Of a stretch of DNA of 64,000 nucleotides, positions 27,378 to 36,965 are shown piece after piece (positions within the stretch are counted from its first letter, which is position 1; each line of letters begins with the position of its first letter). Below the pieces are notes generated by a model that made no database searches, was not told the DNA's origin, and was given only the letters and a program-made list of their open reading frames with translations. The stretch is from an uncultured bacterium (lineage in GTDB: Bacteria > Fermentibacterota > Fermentibacteria > Fermentibacterales > JCC-6), in contig CAZIPI010000014.1 of assembly GCA_964541235.1 (NCBI GenBank), positions 666 through 64,665 of the forward strand, given 5' to 3'. A program made the position numbers and the translations under genes.

Positions 27378-27715
27378 CAGCCGCCGGCGCCTGACCCTTC
27401 CATCTCCCTGGGGTGTGGTGTCTTCACCACCAGGAACGTGGCTCCCTCACCGTGCTCGTTGAGTATCCTCATGGGGGTTCCGTAGGCCACGGGAACAAGG
27501 TCGCCCGCTTCCGCCTGCATCGGAACACCGTCGAGGAACAGACTTATCTTCCCTTCCAGGATTATCAGGTGCACGTTGGAGTTCGCCTTGTGAAGCGGCA
27601 CCTCCTGCCCCGGAAGCAGCGCTATCTGCATCAGAAGAAGATGGCTCTCATCAACGACTGCCCTTCTTCCGAAGTTTTCCGTCGAGTACGGTGCGTCTGC
27701 GATGAGCCTGTTCAT
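27377..27715 (-). CDS. Cupin domain protein
   Basis: 112 aa; PLHKANSNVHLIILEGK...G cupin fold motifs. Confidence 0.5.
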   Translation of the reverse strand: MNRLIADAPYSTENFGRRAVVDESHLLLMQIALLPGQEVPLHKANSNVHLIILEGKISLFLDGVPMQAEAGDLVPVAYGTPMRILNEHGEGATFLVVKTPHPREMEGSGAGG

Positions 27716-28314
27716 TTCGCTCCGTCCCTGGTCAGATGGGGCACACCCCTTCCGCGCCTGAACGCTTCCATGTTGACTGCCAGTGCCTTTGGCGGCACCC
27801 TCTCCTCTATTGCCTTTTCCCAGCTTGCGGGGTCTATCCCGGGGATGAGCGTCGAAGCCGCTCCCAGCAGGGCCACGTTCACCACCTTGAAGTTGGACAG
27901 CTCCCTGGCTATGGCCAGCACCGGGACCTCGGTGCAGGGGATGCCCTTCTCAATCACCAGCCGGTCAACGTCGGGGTACTCCGCCGAACCGGTGTTCACC
28001 GTCATGGGGTTTATCCTGATGTCGGCGGAGACCAGCCTGCCCGAGGGGGAGAGGTAATGGGCCCATCGAAGGCCTTCCATCTTCTCCAGGGCAAGCACCA
28101 TGTCGGCTGTTCCCTGCTCCACCAGAACGCTGAACACCTTCTCGCCGAACCTGACGTGGCTCGAGACGCTCCCCCCCCGCTGGGCCATCCCGTGGACCTC
28201 GCTCTTCTTAACGTCGAACCCGCTGTTCCAGGCCGCCGCGCAGATGACCTCGCTGGCCAGCAGAATGCCCTGCCCGCCGGTTCCGCAAAGGATGATGTTT
28301 GTCGTTCCGCTCAT
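27712..28314 (-). CDS. iorB: Indolepyruvate:ferredoxin oxidoreductase beta subunit
   Basis: MSGTTNIILCGTGGQGILLAS. Its start overlaps the iorA stop (TGATG). The track ORF extends to 28392. Confidence 0.7.
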   Translation of the reverse strand: MSGTTNIILCGTGGQGILLASEVICAAAWNSGFDVKKSEVHGMAQRGGSVSSHVRFGEKVFSVLVEQGTADMVLALEKMEGLRWAHYLSPSGRLVSADIRINPMTVNTGSAEYPDVDRLVIEKGIPCTEVPVLAIARELSNFKVVNVALLGAASTLIPGIDPASWEKAIEERVPPKALAVNMEAFRRGRGVPHLTRDGAK

Positions 28315-30110
28315 CAGACCACCCCCTCCAGATCCTTGCTGAGGGCCCCCACCGGGCACACCTGAACGCACAGATTGCAGTTGGGCCAGCACTGCATCTC
28401 GCTGATGACCGGGACGTTCTTCTCCGCATCCCAGCTTATGGCGGGACAGCCCAGTCTAAGGCAGGCCTTGCAGTGGACGCACTTCCCGGGGTCGTGGACA
28501 GCAACGGTCTTGCGCAGCGGCCTGTATGCCATGATACAGGGCCGCCTGGTGATTATCACGCTGAGTTCCTGCGCCTCGGTCTCCTCCCTGAGAACCCTTT
28601 TCATCTCTTTCAGGTCGTGGGGGTCCACCACCCTGACCCTGTTCACACCGCAGGCCCTGACCATCTGCACAAGGTCCAGCGCCGGGGCGGGTTCACCCCT
28701 GAGGTTCTTCCCCGTCGAGGGGTTCTGCTGACCCCCGGTCATGGCGGTGAGGCTGTTGTCCATGATCATCACGGTACCCTTGTTGCCGTTGTACACCATG
28801 TCTATCAGCCCGGTGATGCCGGAATGTATGAAGGTGGATTCGCCGATGGCCGCCACCAGCCTGGGCATGCCTTCCCGGTCAAGCACCTTTTCGATCCCCG
28901 CCAGAACACCCACCGCTGCTCCCATGCAGACCGTTGTTTCCAGGGCGTTGTACGGCGGCATCAGACCCAGTGTGTAGCAGCCGATGTCTCCCGTGGAGCT
29001 GTACTTCATCCCTGCAAGGGTGTGGAAGGCGCCCCTGTGGGGGCATCCCGGACACAGGGACGGCGGTCTTCCGGGGAGTTCCGTCGCCTCGAAGGGGGAG
29101 GGCGTGACGGACTCGGGCTTCAGGGCTTTCCTCACCAGCTCAGGGTTCAGCTCGCCCTCGACGGGTATGAAGCTCTTTCCCTGTGCGTCGATGAGAAAGC
29201 GGCTCCTTATGCTCTCCTCCAGGTAGGGCTCCCCCTCCTCGACGATGATGACCCTGGAAACGAGACCGATGAACTCCTCTATGAGCTTCCAGGGGAGCGG
29301 GTTGGTGATCCCCAGCTTGAGGACGCTGGCGCCCGGGTACGTTTCGCGCACGTACTGGTAGGATATCCCGGAGGTTATGACCCCGATCGAGGCATCGTTG
29401 ATCTCCATGCGGTTGAGCGGGCTTTCCGCTCCCCACTCGGCAAGCCTCTCGAGCCTGTCCTCCACACGGCTGTGCATCCTGCGGGCGTTGGCGGGGATCG
29501 GGACCCTTTTCGCGATGTCCTTCACGTAGCCCTTGACCGGTACTTCCTCCCGGTCCGCGACTTTCACCAGGCTTTTCGAGTGGCAGACCCTGGTGGTAAC
29601 CCTGAGAAGAACAGGGGTGTCGAACTCCTCGCTGATACGGAAGGCCTCCCTGGTGAAGTCAAGCGCCTCCTGGCTGTCGGATGGCTCAAGCACCGCAAGC
29701 TTCGCCGCACGGCCCATGAGCCTGTTGTCCTGCTCGTTCTGGGACGAGTGCATGCCCGGATCGTCGGCGCTCACCACCACTATGCCCCCGGTGGCGCCTA
29801 TGTAGCTCAGGGTGAAGAGGGGATCCGCGGCGACATTGAGCCCCACGTGCTTCATGGCCGACAGCACCCTTGCCCCGGCAAAGCTGGCCCCGGCCACCAC
29901 TTCGAGGGCAACCTTTTCGTTCGGCGCCCACTGTGCGGTAATCTCGGGGTAGTGCTCCCCGATGGTTTCCAGTATCTCCGTCGAGGGAGTGCCGGGATAG
30001 GCCGAGGCAAAGTGCGCCCCGCTCTCCCACGCCCCCCGGGCGATAGCCTCGTTGCCGGACAGGAACAAGGTGCCCGATCTCTGCTGGTTCAGCGTCTTCC
30101 CCATTCTCAT
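28314..30110 (-). CDS. iorA: Indolepyruvate:ferredoxin oxidoreductase alpha subunit (TPP and 4Fe-4S)
   Basis: 598 aa; TPP-binding GDIGCYTLG; C-terminal CVHCKACLRLGCP and CNLCVQVCP ferredoxin motifs. Confidence 0.8.
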   Translation of the reverse strand: MRMGKTLNQQRSGTLFLSGNEAIARGAWESGAHFASAYPGTPSTEILETIGEHYPEITAQWAPNEKVALEVVAGASFAGARVLSAMKHVGLNVAADPLFTLSYIGATGGIVVVSADDPGMHSSQNEQDNRLMGRAAKLAVLEPSDSQEALDFTREAFRISEEFDTPVLLRVTTRVCHSKSLVKVADREEVPVKGYVKDIAKRVPIPANARRMHSRVEDRLERLAEWGAESPLNRMEINDASIGVITSGISYQYVRETYPGASVLKLGITNPLPWKLIEEFIGLVSRVIIVEEGEPYLEESIRSRFLIDAQGKSFIPVEGELNPELVRKALKPESVTPSPFEATELPGRPPSLCPGCPHRGAFHTLAGMKYSSTGDIGCYTLGLMPPYNALETTVCMGAAVGVLAGIEKVLDREGMPRLVAAIGESTFIHSGITGLIDMVYNGNKGTVMIMDNSLTAMTGGQQNPSTGKNLRGEPAPALDLVQMVRACGVNRVRVVDPHDLKEMKRVLREETEAQELSVIITRRPCIMAYRPLRKTVAVHDPGKCVHCKACLRLGCPAISWDAEKNVPVISEMQCWPNCNLCVQVCPVGALSKDLEGVV

Positions 30111-30119
30111 CCCTTCAAT

Positions 30120-31196
30120 TCAGATGTACTCCCGTTCGTCCTCCACACCGTTCAGAACCCGGAGAACGCCCCTGACAAGGGCCTCAAGCTCGGCTTCCCC
30201 GGGAAAGACCATCACAGGGGCGATGAAGGACAGGTACTCCCTCAACACCCCGGTCAGCCATTCGTTATGCGCCATGCCCCCGGTGACCACCACCGCGTCA
30301 ACCTTCCCGGCCAGGGCCGCAGCCATTGAACCGGCCTCCTTGGCCATCTGGTACGCCATGGCCCTGAGTACCAGGTCGGCTTCCGAATCCCCCGCGAGGG
30401 CCCTCTCCCTCACCGCAGGAAGATGCTCCTCTCCCAGGTAGGCGTACAGCCCCCCCTGCTTCAGGAACATGGTCTTCAGCTCCCCCTCGCCGTACTTCCC
30501 GCTGAAGCACAGCTTCAGCAGTCCCGTGAGGGGAAGGCCCCCGGTCCTGGTGCTGCTGAAGGGTCCGCCGTCGTTGGCGTTGTTGGTGTCTATCATCCTT
30601 CCCTTGCGCAGTGCGTTCACGCTGACGCCGCTGCCCAGGTGCATGACCACCAGGTTGAGCGAGGAGAGGGGCGCGCCAATCTCTTCCGCGGCCTTGTAGG
30701 CCACCATTCGGATGTTGAGGGCATGGCTGAGGCTGACCCGGGGAAGAAGGGGATGACCGCTGAACCGGGCCTCCTCAATGAGTTCGTCAACGCAGACCGG
30801 ATCCACGAAGTATGCGGGTATGCCGGTCTGCCCCGCTATGGACCAGGCGATGGGGGCACCGAGGTTGGAGGGGTGATCGGCCTGAAGTGTGGCGCCGTCC
30901 CTTATGTGGTCCAGCAGCCTCTCCGTGACCCTGTACGTTCCGCTGGAGAGCGGCTTGAACGTGCCCCCCCTGCCCACCACAGCAGTGAGTTCCTCCAGCC
31001 GGTGGCCCTTGCGCTCCAGTTCCTCGAGGATAAGGTCACGCCTGTACTCCAGCTGGCCGAAGGTGGACCCCAGCGCCGCAAGCTGGCCCGGATCGTGATG
31101 TACGTTCTCCTCGAAGACTGGAGCGGTCTCGCGGAAGAGGCCTATCTTCGTCGAGGTCCCTCCGGGATTGATGGCAAGTATCACCCTGTCAGCCAT
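30120..31196 (-). CDS. buk: Butyrate (branched-chain/short-chain acyl) kinase
   Basis: ILAINPGGTSTKIGLF N-terminus and ASKHG-family motifs. The start is MADRVIL; the track ORF extends to 31220. Confidence 0.7.
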   Translation of the reverse strand: MADRVILAINPGGTSTKIGLFRETAPVFEENVHHDPGQLAALGSTFGQLEYRRDLILEELERKGHRLEELTAVVGRGGTFKPLSSGTYRVTERLLDHIRDGATLQADHPSNLGAPIAWSIAGQTGIPAYFVDPVCVDELIEEARFSGHPLLPRVSLSHALNIRMVAYKAAEEIGAPLSSLNLVVMHLGSGVSVNALRKGRMIDTNNANDGGPFSSTRTGGLPLTGLLKLCFSGKYGEGELKTMFLKQGGLYAYLGEEHLPAVRERALAGDSEADLVLRAMAYQMAKEAGSMAAALAGKVDAVVVTGGMAHNEWLTGVLREYLSFIAPVMVFPGEAELEALVRGVLRVLNGVEDEREYI

Positions 31197-32091
31197 TGCC
31201 GCCCTCCGAGACCACCACACCCAGGGCCAGGGAGTTGATCTTGGTGGAGGCCGAGTCTGAGCGGCTCAGCATCACCACCGGGGCCGCGGCCCCCGCTATG
31301 AGCCCTCCGACCTGGGCGCTGGTCATGTACATGAAGGCCTTTGCGAAGATGTTGCCGCTGGCAATGTCCGGTGTTACAAGCACGTTCGCCCTGCCGGCGA
31401 CCTGGCCGGTCATCCCCTTTACGGCGGCGGCTTCGGGGTCCATGGCGCCGTCAACGGCCATGGGGCCGTCAACGAACACCCCGGGTATGCCCCTTTCCGC
31501 TATGCCCTTCCAGAGAAGTGTCTCGGGCATCTTTTCGTTAGGGGTCTCTATGGCCGCCAGCAGTGCCGCCCGGATCTCCCGGGCGCCGAGCCTTTCCATA
31601 ACGAAGCCGGCGTTCCTCACTATCTCCACCGCCTCCGCTGCGTCGGGCCTGATGATCATGCCGCCGTCGGTGATGGCCACCAGCCTGTCCTGGCGCGGAA
31701 CATGGACGACCGCCACATGGCTCAGCAGCCCTCCGGACCTGAGCCCGACGTTCTCGTCCAGTACGGCCTTGAGGAATACCGATGTCTTGAGGAGCCCCTT
31801 CATCAGTACTGTGGCGCCGCCGCTGCTCACCAGCTGGACCGCCCGGAGCGCCGCCCGGGTTTCGTCGGCCTGGTCTTCCAGGGATATCTCCGGCGGGAGC
31901 TTCTCCCCCAGCTCGGTCAGCGAACGCTGGACCTGGCCCTCGGGGGCGATGATCACCGCTCCGGCCAGCCCCTCCCTGGCCGCGGTGATAAGCGCCTCGA
32001 GGGAGGCCGGGTCATGCCCCATCGGAACCGCGACAACGGCCCCGCTCCTCTGCCTGGCGGCTTCGCGGATGTCTTGAAAGTTCCTGAACAA
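31189..32091 (-). CDS. ptb: Phosphate butyryltransferase / phosphotransacylase
   Basis: Phosphate acetyl/butyryltransferase fold, 300 aa, adjacent to buk. Confidence 0.7.
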   Translation of the reverse strand: MFRNFQDIREAARQRSGAVVAVPMGHDPASLEALITAAREGLAGAVIIAPEGQVQRSLTELGEKLPPEISLEDQADETRAALRAVQLVSSGGATVLMKGLLKTSVFLKAVLDENVGLRSGGLLSHVAVVHVPRQDRLVAITDGGMIIRPDAAEAVEIVRNAGFVMERLGAREIRAALLAAIETPNEKMPETLLWKGIAERGIPGVFVDGPMAVDGAMDPEAAAVKGMTGQVAGRANVLVTPDIASGNIFAKAFMYMTSAQVGGLIAGAAAPVVMLSRSDSASTKINSLALGVVVSEGGNG

Positions 32092-32131
32092 AGGCTCACC
32101 TCCCGGTGTTGGCTGGCACAGGGCAACAGAC

Positions 32132-32848
32132 TTGGAAAGCTATTATGATTCCCGTCTTCCGTTTGTGCAAAGCGAAGGGAGCCGTTTCTTGTCTCTGCGC
32201 CGCCTCTGGGATGATTGTTCCGCCGTGCTGTTTGACTTCGACGGGGTTCTGGCGGACAGCGAGCCTCTGTACAGGGAAACATGGAACCGGGTCATCCACC
32301 CCGCCGGGCCGATACCCGAGGAGGAGTACTTCCGGCGCTGGTCGTTCCTCGGGGAGGGTGAGCAGCACCTTTCCGAGATGGGGTTCGACCCGGACGAGAG
32401 GGCGGCCCTGCGCCAGTCACAGAAACGCATCTACGGCTCCCTCTGCGCCGGCGGCTCCGTTCCGCTCTTCCCGGAAACGGCCCCGCTGCTCGAGTGGGTT
32501 TCCTTCAGAAAGCCCTTCATCATAGCCTCGAACACGGAATCGGAACTTGTCAGTGCAGTCCTTCGCCACGGCGGCGTCGCGGAGGCGCCGGTAGTGGGGG
32601 GGGAGGGGCTGAGGCACAAGCCCCACCCGGATATATTCCTGGCGGCGGCCGGGCTTCTGGGGTTCCCGCCCGGGCGATGCCTGGTGGTCGAGGATGCCTG
32701 GAAGGGCATCGAGGCGGCCGGACGCGGGGGATTTCCCTCGCTCCTTGTGAGGAACAGGAACAACAGGGGTCTGGAGGCAAAGGCCTCCTTCGAGGCCTCT
32801 GGGCTTTCCGGGATCCTTGAGGCATGGAGGGGAGGGGAGAACCCGTGA
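32132..32848 (+). CDS. HAD-superfamily hydrolase (beta-phosphoglucomutase-like)
   Basis: VLFDFDGVLADSEP motif I; the start is uncertain. Confidence 0.55.
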   Translation: MESYYDSRLPFVQSEGSRFLSLRRLWDDCSAVLFDFDGVLADSEPLYRETWNRVIHPAGPIPEEEYFRRWSFLGEGEQHLSEMGFDPDERAALRQSQKRIYGSLCAGGSVPLFPETAPLLEWVSFRKPFIIASNTESELVSAVLRHGGVAEAPVVGGEGLRHKPHPDIFLAAAGLLGFPPGRCLVVEDAWKGIEAAGRGGFPSLLVRNRNNRGLEAKASFEASGLSGILEAWRGGENP

Positions 32849-33420
32849 CCGGCGTCCTGGTGATGATAGATCCCTTCTGGGCGCCTCTTGTCATGACTGT
32901 GCTGGGGCTTGCGGCGGCTTTCCTGGGCCGCAGGCTCATCGGGCCGGTGCTGGCGCTTTCCGGGTTCGCCTTGGGCCTTGTGCACGGCGCGGGGATCGCT
33001 GCCGCAATAAGCAGCAGCGCCGGGTTCATCCGACTGGCACCCTGGATCTTCGCCGTGCTCTTCGCCGCACTTTCAGGCCTGCTGCTGAGGCTTGTTCTCT
33101 TCCTGTCAGGGGCTCTTCTCGCCGCAGCAGCGGTGGCCAGCGCCATGACTCCGCCTCCGCTCCTGGCGGTGGCCATTGCAGCGCTCCTGGGCGGGGGACT
33201 GGCGTGCGCCTACAGGAACGTTGTGTTCGCGCTTCTCACCGCGGCTTTCGGGAGCCTTCTTGCCTCTTCCGGGATCGTGAACCTGGCCGCGAACTTTTCA
33301 TTCCCCATAGGTGCAGCGGGGTACTTCATCATTCTCGCCGTGTTGTTCATAGCCGGGTTCGCCTTTCAGCTCAAGGGAAGAAAGCGTGAAGGATCCGGGA
33401 CGAAACGAAAACGGAGGTAA
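32824..33420 (+). CDS. Hypothetical multi-pass membrane protein
   Basis: Ala/Leu/Gly-rich TM helices; basic C-terminus. Confidence 0.35.
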   Translation: MEGRGEPVTGVLVMIDPFWAPLVMTVLGLAAAFLGRRLIGPVLALSGFALGLVHGAGIAAAISSSAGFIRLAPWIFAVLFAALSGLLLRLVLFLSGALLAAAAVASAMTPPPLLAVAIAALLGGGLACAYRNVVFALLTAAFGSLLASSGIVNLAANFSFPIGAAGYFIILAVLFIAGFAFQLKGRKREGSGTKRKRR

Positions 33421-33426
33421 CCGCTT

Positions 33427-33930
33427 ATGAATCAGCGGCTTCACGATATCCTGTGGGTTGTACTGGTTCTGGGGATACTCAAGGGCCTCTTCGAGCTGAC
33501 CAAACTGCTGCTCAAGAGGTTCACCGCCCTCCTGTCGGCCAAGGGCCACCCCCTCAACCGTGATACGGCCATCCAATGGGGGATAGGGTTCCTTCTCTCG
33601 GGCCTTCTTCTGCTTCCGTTCTTCACCTCCGTGCTGGCCCTGTTCGACAACAGGCGGCTGGTGGGAGGCATGGCCCTTCACCTGGCTCTGGTGGCTGTGT
33701 CCATCATTCTTTTCAGCTTCGCGGAAGACCTGATCAGGATCTTCAACTCCTTTCCGCCGGGAAGGTCCGGCCTGCTCCCCGTGCGAAGCCATGTGAAGCG
33801 CATGCTCCCCTTCATCCTGGCTTTCTGGGCGGCTGGGGTGCTCCTGCTGAGCCCCATTTTCTACACCGCCCTTTCAATGCTCATCTGTGTCTTCTACCTC
33901 GCCGTTCTTCACGGCCGCAAGAAGAACTGA
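33427..33930 (+). CDS. Hypothetical membrane protein
   Basis: Four predicted TM helices; no motifs. Confidence 0.35.
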   Translation: MNQRLHDILWVVLVLGILKGLFELTKLLLKRFTALLSAKGHPLNRDTAIQWGIGFLLSGLLLLPFFTSVLALFDNRRLVGGMALHLALVAVSIILFSFAEDLIRIFNSFPPGRSGLLPVRSHVKRMLPFILAFWAAGVLLLSPIFYTALSMLICVFYLAVLHGRKKN

Positions 33931-33934
33931 GGAC

Positions 33935-35122
33935 ATGGCCGGACGGGTCTCGATCCTTCACGTGATCACCAAGCTCGCCGTGGGCGGTTCCGGGATGAAC
34001 ACGCTCATAAGCTGCCGCGACATCGGCGCCCCTGATTTCGTGTCCGAGCTGGTCACAGGGCCAGAAAAGGCCGTTGAGGGGGACTACTTTGACCTGGCCC
34101 GGAAGTTCGGCATCACCACCATGACAGCGCCGCACCTCTTCCGCAGGATATCGCCGCTCAACGACCTTCTGGCCGTCGGTGAGCTGGCCGGGATCATCAG
34201 AAAGGGGCGCTATGCCATCGTTCACACCCACGGCAGCAAGGCCAGGTTCGTGGGAAGGCTTGCGGCCAGGCTTTCGGGATGCCGGCCCCGCGTGGTCCAG
34301 ACGTTCCACGGCTGGCCCTTCGACTTCAACATGAGCCTTCCTGTGCAGGCCGCCTGCACAGCCATGGAACGCATCGGCTTCGGTCTTGCGTGCGAGTCCG
34401 TGGCGGTGACCCCTGAGGATATTTTCAAGGGCGTCGCATGGGGGGTCGGAAAACCCGACGACTACACCGTGATAAGAAGCGGAGTGGAGTTCGGCCGCTT
34501 CAGGGACTTCCGGGGAACGAAGACCAGGGCCAGGGAGCTGCTGGGCGTTCCCGGGGAGGGACCGGTGGTGGGGACCGTGGCCCGGCTGGCGCCGGTGAAG
34601 GACCCCATGGTTTTCATCGGGGTCGCCGAGCTTGTGCTGGAACGCTTTCCGGGTTCAAGGTTCGTGATCGTGGGCGACGGCCCCATGCGTTACGAGGTGG
34701 AACGCCGCATTGCCGGGAGCGGCGCTTCCTCACGGATCATCCTGGCCGGGAACAGGAACGACGTCGAGCGGCTTCTTCCGGCGCTGGACGTGTTTCTGAT
34801 AACTTCCAGGAGCGAGGGGCTGCCCAGGGGCATGCTCGAGGCTTTGGCGGCGGGAGTGCCTGTTGTTTCAACCGACGTCGGTGGGGTCTGCGAGCTGCTT
34901 ACCGGCGAACGCAACGGTCTCATCCGCCCGGTTGGGGATGTGAAGGGGCTGGCGGACGCTGTATGCGGCATCCTTTCATCTCCGGAACTGCCCGGAAGGC
35001 TTCTGCGGAACGTGGACACCGACCTGGAACCCTTCTCGGCGGAGAAGATGGTCGCCGATCTGAAAGAACTGTACCTTTCCATGGCCTGCGGGCCGGCGCG
35101 CGGCCCGCAGGAAAACCACTGA
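33935..35122 (+). CDS. Glycosyltransferase family 4
   Basis: GT-B fold with the EGLPRGMLEALAAGVPVVSTDVGG motif. The start is MAGRVSILHVI. Confidence 0.7.
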   Translation: MAGRVSILHVITKLAVGGSGMNTLISCRDIGAPDFVSELVTGPEKAVEGDYFDLARKFGITTMTAPHLFRRISPLNDLLAVGELAGIIRKGRYAIVHTHGSKARFVGRLAARLSGCRPRVVQTFHGWPFDFNMSLPVQAACTAMERIGFGLACESVAVTPEDIFKGVAWGVGKPDDYTVIRSGVEFGRFRDFRGTKTRARELLGVPGEGPVVGTVARLAPVKDPMVFIGVAELVLERFPGSRFVIVGDGPMRYEVERRIAGSGASSRIILAGNRNDVERLLPALDVFLITSRSEGLPRGMLEALAAGVPVVSTDVGGVCELLTGERNGLIRPVGDVKGLADAVCGILSSPELPGRLLRNVDTDLEPFSAEKMVADLKELYLSMACGPARGPQENH

Positions 35123-35128
35123 CACCCG

Positions 35129-35296
35129 TCAGGGGGCCTCTATGGCCTCCACCGGACAGACGGCGGCGCAGGCTCCGCAGTCGATGCAGGTAGCCGGGTC
35201 GATGGAGTACTTGTCTCCCTCGGATATGGCGTCAACGGGGCATTCGCTCATGCAGGCGCCACAGGCGATGCATGCGTCGGTGATCTTGTAGGCCAT
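35129..35296 (-). CDS. Clostridial-type 2x[4Fe-4S] ferredoxin
   Basis: MAYKITDACIACGACMSECPVDAI...CIDCGACAAVCPVEAI, 55 aa. Confidence 0.75.
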   Translation of the reverse strand: MAYKITDACIACGACMSECPVDAISEGDKYSIDPATCIDCGACAAVCPVEAIEAP

Positions 35297-35349
35297 ACGA
35301 AACCTCCTGGTTGAGAACGCTGAATACGATATGACAACCCGAACCCATG

Positions 35350-36213
35350 TCAACGGGAAGAGCTTCTGAGCATGGAGAGCAGCCTGTCCAGCTCATCCAG
35401 CGATGCGTACTCTATCTCGATGCTGCCCCTGCCCCCCGAGTCCCTGACCCTTACCCTTGTTCCCAGAACCCTTTGAAGGCTCTCTTCCAGCTGGGCGATC
35501 TCGGGGGAGCTTCGACGGGTGCCTGCGCGGGGCTTGACCGGCTTTCTGCGGAGCCTGACGAACTCCTCAAGTGCCCTTACGCTCATCCCCCTGTGAACCG
35601 CCAGCCCCGCCGCCCGCACTATGCCCTCTTCGTCGGAGAGACCGAGGAGGGCCCTTCCATGACCCATGGAGAGGGCTCCCGACCTGAGCATGGCCCTGAC
35701 CCTCTCAGGAAGCTCAAGAAGCCGCTGGAAGTTCGCGACGGCCGAGCGGCTGAGGCCAACCTGCCTTCCCAGTTCCTCCTGCGTCAGTTGGAACTCCTGG
35801 CAGAACCTGTGGAATGCCTCAGCCTTCTCCATCGGGTTCAGATCGGCCCTCTGAATGTTCTCCACGAGAGCCAGCGCCAGCATCTGCCGGTCATCGGCCT
35901 CGCGGAGCACCGCCGGGACCTCCTGAAGCCCGGCCATGGAAGAGGCTCTGACCCTCCTCTCTCCCGCGATGAGCTGGTACCTGTCTCCAGCCCTTCTTAG
36001 AACAACAGGCTGAAGCACTCCCTGGGCCCGTATGGAGTCGCTGAGGGACTGCAGGTCCTCCTGGCTCCAGTCCACCCTGGGCTGAAAAGGGTTCGAATCA
36101 ATGAGACGGATAGGGACCATGGCCGGCGCATCGGCCTCCCTGCCGCTTTCGGGAACACTTGGCAAAAGCGCCTCGAGCCCCCTTCCCAGAACCTTCCTGC
36201 CTTTTTCCTTCAC
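35350..36213 (-). CDS. parB: Chromosome partitioning protein ParB/Spo0J
   Basis: GLEALLP N-terminus, ParB box, HTH. Confidence 0.85.
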   Translation of the reverse strand: MKEKGRKVLGRGLEALLPSVPESGREADAPAMVPIRLIDSNPFQPRVDWSQEDLQSLSDSIRAQGVLQPVVLRRAGDRYQLIAGERRVRASSMAGLQEVPAVLREADDRQMLALALVENIQRADLNPMEKAEAFHRFCQEFQLTQEELGRQVGLSRSAVANFQRLLELPERVRAMLRSGALSMGHGRALLGLSDEEGIVRAAGLAVHRGMSVRALEEFVRLRRKPVKPRAGTRRSSPEIAQLEESLQRVLGTRVRVRDSGGRGSIEIEYASLDELDRLLSMLRSSSR

Positions 36214-36965
36214 CTCTCCATCACCTCCCTCGCAAGGCTCAGGTAACTGCCGGCGCCCTTTGAGAAAGGGTCGTACAGAATAGCCGGCTTTCCGAAGCTC
36301 GGCGCTTCGCCCAGTTTTACGTTCCTTGGTATGGTGGTGTTGAACAGCGCCTTGCCAAGGTGTGCCCTGGCCTCCTCGAACACTTCCCTGCTCAATTTCA
36401 GCCTTGAGTCGTACATCGTGACGACTACACCGAACAGAAGGAGCCTCCGGTTCCAGGCGGAACGCACCCTGGCTATGGTCTGCAGCAGGTGGGAAAGCCC
36501 TTCCAGTGCGTAGTACTCGCTCTGCACCGGCAGTATGACGCTGTCCGCGGCCACCAGCCCGTTCACCGTGAGAAGGCCGAGGGAGGGGGGGCAGTCTATC
36601 AGCACGTAGGAATACCTCTCGACCCTTCCCCTGAGGGCCCTGTCGAGGAAGAACTCCCTTCTGTCCTGTGAGGCCAGTTCCGTCTCCAGCCCGGCCATGT
36701 CCGTGGAACCGGGGACCAGGTCCAGTCCCTCGATGTCGGTTCCCACTATCAGTTCATCCAGGGGCCTTCTGCCTGCTATCAGGGCGTGCATCCCCTCCAT
36801 GCCCGCCTGCTGCCTTCCCAGTCCGCTGGTGGCATTGGCCTGGGGGTCGAGGTCAACCACCAGAACGTCCCTGTTGTTCACGGCAAGGCAGGCGCCGAGG
36901 TTTATCACTGTAGTGGTCTTGCCAACGCCGCCCTTCTGGTTGGCGACCGCAATTATCCTTGTCAT
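36210..36965 (-). CDS. parA: Chromosome partitioning ATPase ParA/Soj
   Basis: IAVANQKGGVGKTTT deviant Walker A. Confidence 0.9.
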   Translation of the reverse strand: MTRIIAVANQKGGVGKTTTVINLGACLAVNNRDVLVVDLDPQANATSGLGRQQAGMEGMHALIAGRRPLDELIVGTDIEGLDLVPGSTDMAGLETELASQDRREFFLDRALRGRVERYSYVLIDCPPSLGLLTVNGLVAADSVILPVQSEYYALEGLSHLLQTIARVRSAWNRRLLLFGVVVTMYDSRLKLSREVFEEARAHLGKALFNTTIPRNVKLGEAPSFGKPAILYDPFSKGAGSYLSLAREVMER

